Origin: Nemertoderma westbladi
Taxonomy: Eukaryota > Animalia > Xenacoelomorpha
Direction of reading: 5' to 3'
Assembly: GCA_032718475.1 (NCBI GenBank)
Contig: JAUCBJ010009045.1
Coordinates: 48,228-112,227 of the forward strand
Length of the DNA stretch: 64,000 nt
Shown here: positions 10,961 to 26,212 of the stretch, one piece after another
How positions within the stretch are numbered: the stretch's first letter is position 1
Layout of the letters: the number at the start of each line of letters is the position of its first letter
The notes under the pieces: model-generated
Databases searched by the model: none
Seen by the model: the letters and a program-made list of their open reading frames with translations, nothing else
What the model was told of the DNA's origin: nothing
Program-made: the position numbers and the translations under genes

Positions 10961-13900
10961 ACATATCTAATATTAATGGTGTTCGAGGTGAGTTGGAGTT
11001 GATGCGTAAAGATATAGATCTAATTACAACATATCTAAGATTAATGGTGTACGAGGTGAGTTGGAGTTGATGCGTAAAGATATAGATCTAATTACAACAT
11101 ATCTAAGATTAATGGTGTTCGAGGTGAGTTGGAGTTGATGCGTAAAGATATAGATCTAATTACAACATATCTAAGATTAATGGTGTTCGAGGTGAGTTGG
11201 AGTTGATGCGTAAAGATATAGATCTAATTACAACATATCTAAGATTAATGGTGTACGAGGTGAGTTGGAGTTGATGCGTAAAGATATAGATCTAATTAGA
11301 ACATATCTAAGATTAATGGTGTACGAGGTGAGTTGGAGTTGATGCGTAAAGATATAGATCTAATTACAACATATCTAAGATTAATGGTGTTCGAGGTGAG
11401 TTGGAGTTGATGCGTAAAGATATAGATCTAATTACAACATATCTAAGATTAATGGTGTTCGAGGTGAGTTGGAGTTGATGCCTAAAGATATAGATCTAAT
11501 TACAACATATCTAAGATTAATGGTGTTCGAGGTGAGTTGGAGTTGATGCGTAAAGATATAGATCTAATTACAACATATCTAAGATTAATGGTGTTCGAGG
11601 TGAGTTGGAGTTGATGCCGTAAAGATATAGATCTAATTACAACATATCTAAGATTAATGGTGTTCGAGGTGAGTTGGAGTTGATGCGTAAAGATATAGAT
11701 CTAATTACAACATATCTAAGATTAATGGTGTACGAGGTGAGTTGGAGTTGATGCGTAAAGATATAGATCTAATTACAACATATCTAAGATTAATGGTGTA
11801 CGAGGTGAGTTGGAGTTGATGCGTAAAGATATAGATCTAATTACAACATATCTAAGATTAATGGTGTACGAGGTGAGTTGGAGTTGATGCGTAAAGATAT
11901 AGATCTAATTACAACATATCTAAGATTAATGGTGTACGAGGTGAGTTGGAGTTGATGCGTAAAGATATAGATCTAATTACAACATATCTAAGATTAATGG
12001 TGTTCGAGGTGAGTTGGAGTTGATGCGTAAAGATATAGATCTAATTAGAACATATCTAAGATTAATGGTGTTCGAGGTGAGTTGGAGTTGATGCGTAAAG
12101 ATATAGATCTAATTACAACATATCTAAGATTAATGGTGTTCGAGGTGAGTTGGAGTTGATGCGTAAAGATATAGATCTAATTAGAACATATCTAAGATTA
12201 ATGGTGTTCGAGGTGAGTTGGAGTTGATGCGTAAAGATATAGATCTAATTACAACATATCTAAGATTAATGGTGTTCGAGGTGAGTTGGAGTTGATGCGT
12301 AAAGATATAGATCTAATTAGAACATATCTAAGATTAATGGTGTTCGAGGTGAGTTGGAGTTGATGCGTAAAGATATAGATCTAATTACAACATATCTAAG
12401 ATTAATGGTGTTCGAGGTGAGTTGGAGTTGATGCGTAAAGATATAGATCTAATTAGAACATATCTAAGATTAATGGTGTTCGAGGTGAGTTGGAGTTGAT
12501 GCGTAAAGATATAGATCTAATTACAACATATCTAAGATTAATGGTGTTCGAGGTGAGTTGGAGTTGATGCGTAAAGATATAGATCTAATTACAACATATC
12601 TAAGATTAATGGTGTTCGAGGTGAGTTGGAGTTGATGCGTAAAGATATAGATCTAATTAGAACATATCTAAGATTAATGGTGTTCGAGGTGAGTTGGAGT
12701 TGATGCGTAAAGATATAGATCTAATTACAACATATCTAAGATTAATGGTGTACGAGGTGAGTTGGAGTTGATGCGTAAAGATATAGATCTAATTACAACA
12801 TATCTAAGATTAATGGTGTTCGAGGTGAGTTGGAGTTGATGCGTAAAGATATAGATCTAATTAGAACATATCTAAGATTAATGGTGTTCGAGGTGAGTTG
12901 GAGTTGATGCGTAAAGATATAGATCTAATTACAACATATCTAAGATTAATGGTGTTCGAGGTGAGTTGGAGTTGATGCGTAAAGATATAGATCTAATTAG
13001 AACATATCTAAGATTAATGGTGTTCGAGGTGAGTTGGAGTTGATGCGTAAAGATATAGATCTAATTACAACATATCTAAGATTAATGGTGTTCGAGGTGA
13101 GTTGGAGTTGATGCGTAAAGATATAGATCTAATTACAACATATCTAAGATTAATGGTGTTCGAGGTGAGTTGGAGTTGATGCGTAAAGATATAGATCTAA
13201 TTAGAACATATCTAAGATTAATGGTGTTCGAGGTGAGTTGGAGTTGATGCGTAAAGATATAGATCTAATTACAACATATCTAAGATTAATGGTGTACGAG
13301 GTGAGTTGGAGTTGATGCGTAAAGATATAGATCTAATTAGAACATATCTAAGATTAATGGTGTACGAGGTGAGTTGGAGTTGATGCGTAAAGATATAGAT
13401 CTAATTAGAACATATCTAAGATTAATGGTGTACGAGGTGAGTTGGAGTTGATGCGTAAAGATATAGATCTAATTAGAACATATCTAAGATTAATGGTGTT
13501 CGAGGTGAGTTGGAGTTGATGCGTAAAGATATAGATCTAATTACAACATATCTAAGATTAATGGTGTTCGAGGTGAGTTGGAGTTGATGCGTAAAGATAT
13601 AGATCTAATTAGAACATATCTAAGATTAATGGTGTTCGAGGTGAGTTGGAGTTGATGCGTAAAGATATAGATCTAATTACAACATATCTAAGATTAATGG
13701 TGTACGAGGTGAGTTGGAGTTGATGCGTAAAGATATAGATCTAATTAGAACATATCTAAGATTAATGGTGTACGAGGTGAGTTGGAGTTGATGCGTAAAG
13801 ATATAGATCTAATTAGAACATATCTAAGATTAATGGTGTACGAGGTGAGTTGGAGTTGATGCGTAAAGATATAGATCTAATTACAACATATCTAAGATTA

Positions 13901-16900
13901 ATGGTGTACGAGGTGAGTTGGAGTTGATGCGTAAAGATATAGATCTAATTAGAACATATCTAAGATTAATGGTGTTCGAGGTGAGTTGGAGTTGATGCGT
14001 AAAGATATAGATCTAATTACAACATATCTAAGATTAATGGTGTTCGAGGTGAGTTGGAGTTGATGCGTAAAGATATAGATCTAATTACAACATATCTAAG
14101 ATTAATGGTGTACGAGGTGAGTTGGAGTTGATGCGTAAAGATATAGATCTAATTAGAACATATCTAAGATTAATGGTGTACGAGGTGAGTTGGAGTTGAT
14201 GCGTAAAGATATAGATCTAATTACAACATATCTAAGATTAATGGTGTACGAGGTGAGTTGGAGTTGATGCGTAAAGATATAGATCTAATTACAACATATC
14301 TAAGATTAATGGTGTTCGAGGTGAGTTGGAGTTGATGCGTAAAGATATAGATCTAATTACAACATATCTAAGATTAATGGTGTACGAGGTGAGTTGGAGT
14401 TGATGCGTAAAGATATAGATCTAATTACAACATATCTAAGATTAATGGTGTTCGAGGTGAGTTGGAGTTGATGCGTAAAGATATAGATCTAATTACAACA
14501 TATCTAAGATTAATGGTGTTCGAGGTGAGTTGGAGTTGATGCGTAAAGATATAGATCTAATTACAACATATCTAAGATTAATGGTGTTCGAGGTGAGTTG
14601 GAGTTGATGCGTAAAGATATAGATCTAATTAGAACATATCTAAGATTAATGGTGTTCGAGGTGAGTTGGAGTTGATGCGTAAAGATATAGATCTAATTAC
14701 AACATATCTAAGATTAATGGTGTTCGAGGTGAGTTGGAGTTGATGCGTAAAGATATAGATCTAATTACAACATATCTAAGATTAATGGTGTTCGAGGTGA
14801 GTTGGAGTTGATGCGTAAAGATATAGATCTAATTACAACATATCTAAGATTAATGGTGTTCGAGGTGAGTTGGAGTTGATGCGTAAAGATATAGATCTAA
14901 TTACAACATATCTAAGATTAATGGTGTTCGAGGTGAGTTGGAGTTGATGCGTAAAGATATAGATCTAATTACAACATATCTAAGATTAATGGTGTTCGAG
15001 GTGAGTTGGAGTTGATGCGTAAAGATATAGATCTAATTACAACATATCTAAGATTAATGGTGTTCGAGGTGAGTTGGAGTTGATGCGTAAAGATATAGAT
15101 CTAATTACAACATATCTAAGATTAATGGTGTTCGAGGTGAGTTGGAGTTGATGCGTAAAGATATAGATCTAATTACAACATATCTAAGATTAATGGTGTT
15201 CGAGGTGAGTTGGAGTTGATGCGTAAAGATATAGATCTAATTACAACATATCTAAGATTAATGGTGTACGAGGTGAGTTGGAGTTGATGCGTAAAGATAT
15301 AGATCTAATTACAACATATCTAAGATTAATGGTGTTCGAGGTGAGTTGGAGTTGATGCGTAAAGATATAGATCTAATTAGAACATATCTAAGATTAATGG
15401 TGTTCGAGGTGAGTTGGAGTTGATGCGTAAAGATATAGATCTAATTACAACATATCTAAGATTAATGGTGTTCGAGGTGAGTTGGAGTTGATGCGTAAAG
15501 ATATAGATCTAATTACAACATATCTAAGATTAATGGTGTTCGAGGTGAGTTGGAGTTGATGCGTAAAGATATAGATCTAATTACAACATATCTAAGATTA
15601 ATGGTGTTCGAGGTGAGTTGGAGTTGATGCGTAAAGATATAGATCTAATTACAACATATCTAAGATTAATGGTGTTCGAGGTGAGTTGGAGTTGATGCGT
15701 AAAGATATAGATCTAATTACAACATATCTAAGATTAATGGTGTTCGAGGTGAGTTGGAGTTGATGCGTAAAGATATAGATCTAATTACAACATATCTAAG
15801 ATTAATGGTGTTCGAGGTGAGTTGGAGTTGATGCGTAAAGATATAGATCTAATTACAACATATCTAAGATTAATGGTGTTCGAGGTGAGTTGGAGTTGAT
15901 GCGTAAAGATATAGATCTAATTACAACATATCTAAGATTAATGGTGTTCGAGGTGAGTTGGAGTTGATGCGTAAAGATATAGATCTAATTACAACATATC
16001 TAAGATTAATGGTGTACGAGGTGAGTTGGAGTTGATGCGTAAAGATATAGATCTAATTACAACATATCTAAGATTAATGGTGTACGAGGTGAGTTGGAGT
16101 TGATGCGTAAAGATATAGATCTAATTAGAACATATCTAAGATTAATGGTGTTCGAGGTGAGTTGGAGTTGATGCGTAAAGATATAGATCTAATTACAACA
16201 TATCTAAGATTAATGGTGTTCGAGGTGAGTTGGAGTTGATGCGTAAAGATATAGATCTAATTACAACATATCTAAGATTAATGGTGTTCGAGGTGAGTTG
16301 GAGTTGATGCGTAAAGATATAGATCTAATTAGAACATATCTAAGATTAATGGTGTTCGAGGTGAGTTGGAGTTGATGCGTAAAGATATAGATCTAATTAC
16401 AACATATCTAAGATTAATGGTGTTCGAGGTGAGTTGGAGTTGATGCGTAAAGATATAGATCTAATTACAACATATCTAAGATTAATGGTGTTCGAGGTGA
16501 GTTGGAGTTGATGCGTAAAGATATAGATCTAATTACAACATATCTAAGATTAATGGTGTTCGAGGTGAGTTGGAGTTGATGCGTAAAGATATAGATCTAA
16601 TTACAACATATCTAAGATTAATGGTGTTCGAGGTGAGTTGGAGTTGATGCGTAAAGATATAGATCTAATTACAACATATCTAAGATTAATGGTGTTCGAG
16701 GTGAGTTGGAGTTGATGCGTAAAGATATAGATCTAATTACAACATATCTAAGATTAATGGTGTACGAGGTGAGTTGGAGTTGATGCGTAAAGATATAGAT
16801 CTAATTACAACATATCTAAGATTAATGGTGTTCGAGGTGAGTTGGAGTTGATGCGTAAAGATATAGATCTAATTACAACATATCTAAGATTAATGGTGTA

Positions 16901-19900
16901 CGAGGTGAGTTGGAGTTGATGCGTAAAGATATAGATCTAATTACAACATATCTAAGATTAATGGTGTTCGAGGTGAGTTGGAGTTGATGCGTAAAGATAT
17001 AGATCTAATTACAACATATCTAAGATTAATGGTGTTCGAGGTGAGTTGGAGTTGATGCGTAAAGATATAGATCTAATTACAACATATCTAAGATTAATGG
17101 TGTACGAGGTGAGTTGGAGTTGATGCGTAAAGATATAGATCTAATTAGAACATATCTAAGATTAATGGTGTACGAGGTGAGTTGGAGTTGATGCGTAAAG
17201 ATATAGATCTAATTACAACATATCTAAGATTAATGGTGTTCGAGGTGAGTTGGAGTTGATGCGTAAAGATATAGATCTAATTACAACATATCTAAGATTA
17301 ATGGTGTTCGAGGTGAGTTGGAGTTGATGCGTAAAGATATAGATCTAATTACAACATATCTAAGATTAATGGTGTTCGAGGTGAGTTGGAGTTGATGCGT
17401 AAAGATATAGATCTAATTACAACATATCTAAGATTAATGGTGTACGAGGTGAGTTGGAGTTGATGCGTAAAGATATAGATCTAATTAGAACATATCTAAG
17501 ATTAATGGTGTACGAGGTGAGTTGGAGTTGATGCGTAAAGATATAGATCTAATTAGAACATATCTAAGATTAATGGTGTACGAGGTGAGTTGGAGTTGAT
17601 GCGTAAAGATATAGATCTAATTAGAACATATCTAAGATTAATGGTGTTCGAGGTGAGTTGGAGTTGATGCGTAAAGATATAGATCTAATTACAACATATC
17701 TAAGATTAATGGTGTTCGAGGTGAGTTGGAGTTGATGCGTAAAGATATAGATCTAATTACAACATATCTAAGATTAATGGTGTTCGAGGTGAGTTGGAGT
17801 TGATGCGTAAAGATATAGATCTAATTACAACATATCTAAGATTAATGGTGTACGAGGTGAGTTGGAGTTGATGCGTAAAGATATAGATCTAATTAGAACA
17901 TATCTAAGATTAATGGTGTACGAGGTGAGTTGGAGTTGATGCGTAAAGATATAGATCTAATTACAACATATCTAAGATTAATGGTGTACGAGGTGAGTTG
18001 GAGTTGATGCGTAAAGATATAGATCTAATTACAACATATCTAAGATTAATGGTGTACGAGGTGAGTTGGAGTTGATGCGTAAAGATATAGATCTAATTAG
18101 AACATATCTAAGATTAATGGTGTTCGAGGTGAGTTGGAGTTGATGCGTAAAGATATAGATCTAATTACAACATATCTAAGATTAATGGTGTTCGAGGTGA
18201 GTTGGAGTTGATGCGTAAAGATATAGATCTAATTACAACATATCTAAGATTAATGGTGTACGAGGTGAGTTGGAGTTGATGCGTAAAGATATAGATCTAA
18301 TTAGAACATATCTAAGATTAATGGTGTTCGAGGTGAGTTGGAGTTGATGCGTAAAGATATAGATCTAATTACAACATATCTAAGATTAATGGTGTACGAG
18401 GTGAGTTGGAGTTGATGCGTAAAGATATAGATCTAATTACAACATATCTAAGATTAATGGTGTTCGAGGTGAGTTGGAGTTGATGCGTAAAGATATAGAT
18501 CTAATTACAACATATCTAAGATTAATGGTGTTCGAGGTGAGTTGGAGTTGATGCGTAAAGATATAGATCTAATTACAACATATCTAAGATTAATGGTGTT
18601 CGAGGTGAGTTGGAGTTGATGCGTAAAGATATAGATCTAATTACAACATATCTAAGATTAATGGTGTTCGAGGTGAGTTGGAGTTGATGCGTAAAGATAT
18701 AGATCTAATTACAACATATCTAAGATTAATGGTGTTCGAGGTGAGTTGGAGTTGATGCGTAAAGATATAGATCTAATTAGAACATATCTAAGATTAATGG
18801 TGTACGAGGTGAGTTGGAGTTGATGCGTAAAGATATAGATCTAATTACAACATATCTAAGATTAATGGTGTACGAGGTGAGTTGGAGTTGATGCGTAAAG
18901 ATATAGATCTAATTACAACATATCTAAGATTAATGGTGTTCGAGGTGAGTTGGAGTTGATGCGTAAAGATATAGATCTAATTACAACATATCTAAGATTA
19001 ATGGTGTTCGAGGTGAGTTGGAGTTGATGCGTAAAGATATAGATCTAATTACAACATATCTAAGATTAATGGTGTACGAGGTGAGTTGGAGTTGATGCGT
19101 AAAGATATAGATCTAATTAGAACATATCTAAGATTAATGGTGTTCGAGGTGAGTTGGAGTTGATGCGTAAAGATATAGATCTAATTACAACATATCTAAG
19201 ATTAATGGTGTTCGAGGTGAGTTGGAGTTGATGCGTAAAGATATAGATCTAATTACAACATATCTAAGATTAATGGTGTTCGAGGTGAGTTGGAGTTGAT
19301 GCGTAAAGATATAGATCTAATTACAACATATCTAAGATTAATGGTGTTCGAGGTGAGTTGGAGTTGATGCGTAAAGATATAGATCTAATTACAACATATC
19401 TAAGATTAATGGTGTACGAGGTGAGTTGGAGTTGATGCGTAAAGATATAGATCTAATTACAACATATCTAAGATTAATGGTGTTCGAGGTGAGTTGGAGT
19501 TGATGCGTAAAGATATAGATCTAATTACAACATATCTAAGATTAATGGTGTACGAGGTGAGTTGGAGTTGATGCGTAAAGATATAGATCTAATTACAACA
19601 TATCTAAGATTAATGGTGTTCGAGGTGAGTTGGAGTTGATGCGTAAAGATATAGATCTAATTACAACATATCTAAGATTAATGGTGTTCGAGGTGAGTTG
19701 GAGTTGATGCGTAAAGATATAGATCTAATTACAACATATCTAAGATTAATGGTGTACGAGGTGAGTTGGAGTTGATGCGTAAAGATATAGATCTAATTAC
19801 AACATATCTAAGATTAATGGTGTTCGAGGTGAGTTGGAGTTGATGCGTAAAGATATAGATCTAATTAGAACATATCTAAGATTAATGGTGTACGAGGTGA

Positions 19901-22900
19901 GTTGGAGTTGATGCGTAAAGATATAGATCTAATTAGAACATATCTAAGATTAATGGTGTACGAGGTGAGTTGGAGTTGATGCGTAAAGATATAGATCTAA
20001 TTACAACATATCTAAGATTAATGGTGTTCGAGGTGAGTTGGAGTTGATGCGTAAAGATATAGATCTAATTACAACATATCTAAGATTAATGGTGTTCGAG
20101 GTGAGTTGGAGTTGATGCGTAAAGATATAGATCTAATTACAACATATCTAAGATTAATGGTGTTCGAGGTGAGTTGGAGTTGATGCGTAAAGATATAGAT
20201 CTAATTACAACATATCTAAGATTAATGGTGTACGAGGTGAGTTGGAGTTGATGCGTAAAGATATAGATCTAATTAGAACATATCTAAGATTAATGGTGTT
20301 CGAGGTGAGTTGGAGTTGATGCGTAAAGATATAGATCTAATTACAACATATCTAAGATTAATGGTGTTCGAGGTGAGTTGGAGTTGATGCGTAAAGATAT
20401 AGATCTAATTACAACATATCTAAGATTAATGGTGTACGAGGTGAGTTGGAGTTGATGCGTAAAGATATAGATCTAATTACAACATATCTAAGATTAATGG
20501 TGTTCGAGGTGAGTTGGAGTTGATGCGTAAAGATATAGATCTAATTACAACATATCTAAGATTAATGGTGTTCGAGGTGAGTTGGAGTTGATGCGTAAAG
20601 ATATAGATCTAATTACAACATATCTAAGATTAATGGTGTTCGAGGTGAGTTGGAGTTGATGCGTAAAGATATAGATCTAATTACAACATATCTAAGATTA
20701 ATGGTGTTCGAGGTGAGTTGGAGTTGATGCGTAAAGATATAGATCTAATTACAACATATCTAAGATTAATGGTGTACGAGGTGAGTTGGAGTTGATGCGT
20801 AAAGATATAGATCTAATTACAACATATCTAAGATTAATGGTGTTCGAGGTGAGTTGGAGTTGATGCGTAAAGATATAGATCTAATTAGAACATATCTAAG
20901 ATTAATGGTGTACGAGGTGAGTTGGAGTTGATGCGTAAAGATATAGATCTAATTACAACATATCTAAGATTAATGGTGTTCGAGGTGAGTTGGAGTTGAT
21001 GCGTAAAGATATAGATCTAATTAGAACATATCTAAGATTAATGGTGTACGAGGTGAGTTGGAGTTGATGCGTAAAGATATAGATCTAATTACAACATATC
21101 TAAGATTAATGGTGTTCGAGGTGAGTTGGAGTTGATGCGTAAAGATATAGATCTAATTACAACATATCTAAGATTAATGGTGTTCGAGGTGAGTTGGAGT
21201 TGATGCGTAAAGATATAGATCTAATTACAACATATCTAAGATTAATGGTGTACGAGGTGAGTTGGAGTTGATGCGTAAAGATATAGATCTAATTACAACA
21301 TATCTAAGATTAATGGTGTTCGAGGTGAGTTGGAGTTGATGCGTAAAGATATAGATCTAATTACAACATATCTAAGATTAATGGTGTACGAGGTGAGTTG
21401 GAGTTGATGCGTAAAGATATAGATCTAATTACAACATATCTAAGATTAATGGTGTTCGAGGTGAGTTGGAGTTGATGCGTAAAGATATAGATCTAATTAG
21501 AACATATCTAAGATTAATGGTGTTCGAGGTGAGTTGGAGTTGATGCGTAAAGATATAGATCTAATTACAACATATCTNNNNNNNNNNNNNNNNNNNNNNN
21601 NNNNNNNNNNNNNNNNNNNNNNNNNNNNNNNNNNNNNNNNNNNNNNNNNNNNNNNNNNNNNNNNNNNNNNNNNNNNNACGAGGTGAGTTGGAGTTGATGC
21701 GTAAAGATATAGATCTAATTAGAACATATCTAAGATTAATGGTGTACGAGGTGAGTTGGAGTTGATGCGTAAAGATATAGATCTAATTACAACATATCTA
21801 AGATTAATGGTGTTCGAGGTGAGTTGGAGTTGATGCGTAAAGATATAGATCTAATTACAACATATCTAAGATTAATGGTGTTCGAGGTGAGTTGGAGTTG
21901 ATGCGTAAAGATATAGATCTAATTAGAACATATCTAAGATTAATGGTGTACGAGGTGAGTTGGAGTTGATGCGTAAAGATATAGATCTAATTAGAACATA
22001 TCTAAGATTAATGGTGTACGAGGTGAGTTGGAGTTGATGCGTAAAGATATAGATCTAATTAGAACATATCTAAGATTAATGGTGTTCGAGGTGAGTTGGA
22101 GTTGATGCGTAAAGATATAGATCTAATTAGAACATATCTAAGATTAATGGTGTTCGAGGTGAGTTGGAGTTGATGCGTAAAGATATAGATCTAATTAGAA
22201 CATATCTAAGATTAATGGTGTTCGAGGTGAGTTGGAGTTGATGCGTAAAGATATAGATCTAATTACAACATATCTAAGATTAATGGTGTACGAGGTGAGT
22301 TGGAGTTGATGCGTAAAGATATAGATCTAATTAGAACATATCTAAGATTAATGGTGTACGAGGTGAGTTGGAGTTGATGCGTAAAGATATAGATCTAATT
22401 AGAACATATCTAAGATTAATGGTGTACGAGGTGAGTTGGAGTTGATGCGTAAAGATATAGATCTAATTAGAACATATCTAAGATTAATGGTGTACGAGGT
22501 GAGTTGGAGTTGATGCGTAAAGATATAGATCTAATTAGAACATATCTAAGATTAATGGTGTACGAGGTGAGTTGGAGTTGATGCGTAAAGATATAGATCT
22601 AATTAGAACATATCTAAGATTAATGGTGTACGAGGTGAGTTGGAGTTGATGCGTAAAGATATAGATCTAATTAGAACATATCTAAGATTAATGGTGTTCG
22701 AGGTGAGTTGGAGTTGATGCGTAAAGATATAGATCTAATTACAACATATCTAAGATTAATGGTGTACGAGGTGAGTTGGAGTTGATGCGTAAAGATATAG
22801 ATCTAATTAGAACATATCTAAGATTAATGGTGTACGAGGTGAGTTGGAGTTGATGCGTAAAGATATAGATCTAATTAGAACATATCTAAGATTAATGGTG

Positions 22901-25900
22901 TACGAGGTGAGTTGGAGTTGATGCGTAAAGATATAGATCTAATTACAACATATCTAAGATTAATGGTGTTCGAGGTGAGTTGGAGTTGATGCGTAAAGAT
23001 ATAGATCTAATTAGAACATATCTAAGATTAATGGTGTACGAGGTGAGTTGGAGTTGATGCGTAAAGATATAGATCTAATTAGAACATATCTAAGATTAAT
23101 GGTGTACGAGGTGAGTTGGAGTTGATGCGTAAAGATATAGATCTAATTAGAACATATCTAAGATTAATGGTGTTCGAGGTGAGTTGGAGTTGATGCGTAA
23201 AGATATAGATCTAATTAGAACATATCTAAGATTAATGGTGTACGAGGTGAGTTGGAGTTGATGCGTAAAGATATAGATCTAATTAGAACATATCTAAGAT
23301 TAATGGTGTACGAGGTGAGTTGGAGTTGATGCGTAAAGATATAGATCTAATTAGAACATATCTAAGATTAATGGTGTACGAGGTGAGTTGGAGTTGATGC
23401 GTAAAGATATAGATCTAATTAGAACATATCTAAGATTAATGGTGTACGAGGTGAGTTGGAGTTGATGCGTAAAGATATAGATCTAATTAGAACATATCTA
23501 AGATTAATGGTGTTCGAGGTGAGTTGGAGTTGATGCGTAAAGATATAGATCTAATTACAACATATCTAAGATTAATGGTGTACGAGGTGAGTTGGAGTTG
23601 ATGCGTAAAGATATAGATCTAATTAGAACATATCTAAGATTAATGGTGTACGAGGTGAGTTGGAGTTGATGCGTAAAGATATAGATCTAATTAGAACATA
23701 TCTAAGATTAATGGTGTTCGAGGTGAGTTGGAGTTGATGCGTAAAGATATAGATCTAATTACAACATATCTAAGATTAATGGTGTACGAGGTGAGTTGGA
23801 GTTGATGCGTAAAGATATAGATCTAATTAGAACATATCTAAGATTAATGGTGTACGAGGTGAGTTGGAGTTGATGCGTAAAGATATAGATCTAATTAGAA
23901 CATATCTAAGATTAATGGTGTACGAGGTGAGTTGGAGTTGATGCGTAAAGATATAGATCTAATTACAACATATCTAAGATTAATGGTGTACGAGGTGAGT
24001 TGGAGTTGATGCGTAAAGATATAGATCTAATTAGAACATATCTAAGATTAATGGTGTACGAGGTGAGTTGGAGTTGATGCGTAAAGATATAGATCTAATT
24101 AGAACATATCTAAGATTAATGGTGTACGAGGTGAGTTGGAGTTGATGCGTAAAGATATAGATCTAATTAGAACATATCTAAGATTAATGGTGTTCGAGGT
24201 GAGTTGGAGTTGATGCGTAAAGATATAGATCTAATTAGAACATATCTAAGATTAATGGTGTACGAGGTGAGTTGGAGTTGATGCGTAAAGATATAGATCT
24301 AATTAGAACATATCTAAGATTAATGGTGTACGAGGTGAGTTGGAGTTGATGCGTAAAGATATAGATCTAATTAGAACATATCTAAGATTAATGGTGTACG
24401 AGGTGAGTTGGAGTTGATGCGTAAAGATATAGATCTAATTACAACATATCTAAGATTAATGGTGTACGAGGTGAGTTGGAGTTGATGCGTAAAGATATAG
24501 ATCTAATTAGAACATATCTAAGATTAATGGTGTACGAGGTGAGTTGGAGTTGATGCGTAAAGATATAGATCTAATTAGAACATATCTAAGATTAATGGTG
24601 TACGAGGTGAGTTGGAGTTGATGCGTAAAGATATAGATCTAATTACAACATATCTAAGATTAATGGTGTTCGAGGTGAGTTGGAGTTGATGCGTAAAGAT
24701 ATAGATCTAATTACAACATATCTAAGATTAATGGTGTACGAGGTGAGTTGGAGTTGATGCGTAAAGATATAGATCTAATTAGAACATATCTAAGATTAAT
24801 GGTGTACGAGGTGAGTTGGAGTTGATGCGTAAAGATATAGATCTAATTACAACATATCTAGGATTAATGGTGTACGAGGTGAGTTGGAGTTGATGCGTAA
24901 AGATATAGATCTAATTACAACATATCTAGGATTAATGGTGTACGAGGTGAGTTGGAGTTGATGCGTAAAGATATAGATCTAATTAGAACATATCTAAGAT
25001 TAATGGTGTACGAGGTGAGTTGGAGTTGATGCGTAAAGATATAGATCTAATTAGAACATATCTAAGATTAATGGTGTACGAGGTGAGTTGGAGTTGATGC
25101 GTAAAGATATAGATCTAATTACAACATATCTAGGATTAATGGTGTACGAGGTGAGTTGGAGTTGATGCGTAAAGATATAGATCTAATTACAACATATCTA
25201 AGATTAATGGTGTACGAGGTGAGTTGGAGTTGATGCGTAAAGATATAGATCTAATTAGAACATATCTAAGATTAATGGTGTACGAGGTGAGTTGGAGTTG
25301 ATGCGTAAAGATATAGATCTAATTACAACATATCTAGGATTAATGGTGTACGAGGTGAGTTGGAGTTGATGCGTAAAGATATAGATCTAATTAGAACATA
25401 TCTAAGATTAATGGTGTACGAGGTGAGTTGGAGTTGATGCGTAAAGATATAGATCTAATTACAACATATCTAAGATTAATGGTGTTCGAGGTGAGTTGGA
25501 GTTGATGCGTAAAGATATAGATCTAATTACAACATATCTAAGATTAATGGTGTACGAGGTGAGTTGGAGTTGATGCGTAAAGATATAGATCTAATTACAA
25601 CATATCTAAGATTAATGGTGTACGAGGTGAGTTGGAGTTGATGCGTAAAGATATAGATCTAATTACAACATATCTAAGATTAATGGTGTACGAGGTGAGT
25701 TGGAGTTGATGCGTAAAGATATAGATCTAATTAGAACATATCTAAGATTAATGGTGTACGAGGTGAGTTGGAGTTGATGCGTAAAGATATAGATCTAATT
25801 AGAACATATCTAAGATTAATGGTGTTCGAGGTGAGTTGGAGTTGATGCGTAAAGATATAGATCTAATTACAACATATCTAAGATTAATGGTGTACGAGGT

Positions 25901-26212
25901 GAGTTGGAGTTGATGCGTAAAGATATAGATCTAATTAGAACATATCTAAGATTAATGGTGTACGAGGTGAGTTGGAGTTGATGCGTAAAGATATAGATCT
26001 AATTAGAACATATCTAAGATTAATGGTGTTCGAGGTGAGTTGGAGTTGATGCGTAAAGATATAGATCTAATTAGAACATATCTAAGATTAATGGTGTTCG
26101 AGGTGAGTTGGAGTTGATGCGTAAAGATATAGATCTAATTAGAACATATCTAAGATTAATGGTGTTCGAGGTGAGTTGGAGTTGATGCGTAAAGATATAG
26201 ATCTAATTAGAA
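10961..26212. repeat. 68-bp satellite, at least ~220 copies (acatatctaagattaatggtgt[t/a]cgaggtgagttggagttgatgcgtaaagatatagatctaatta[c/g]a)
   Basis: Directly visible, with line pattern recurring every 1020 bp (15 x 68). True length unknown because of the gap. Confidence 0.98.
21578..21677. other. Assembly gap (100 N)
   Basis: Run of exactly 100 N inside the 68-bp array, typical of a scaffolding gap of unknown size. Confidence 0.99.

Noticed and set aside
10961-26212. CRISPR-like appearance of the long arrays
   Set aside because: Units are head-to-tail with no unique spacers, there are no cas genes, and the context is a spliceosomal eukaryotic gene.
10961-26212. Perfect GAG|GTGAGT donor consensus in every 68-bp unit
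   Set aside because: It is on the plus strand, antisense to the host gene, and is inherited from the LINE sequence. No plus-strand transcript is evident here.
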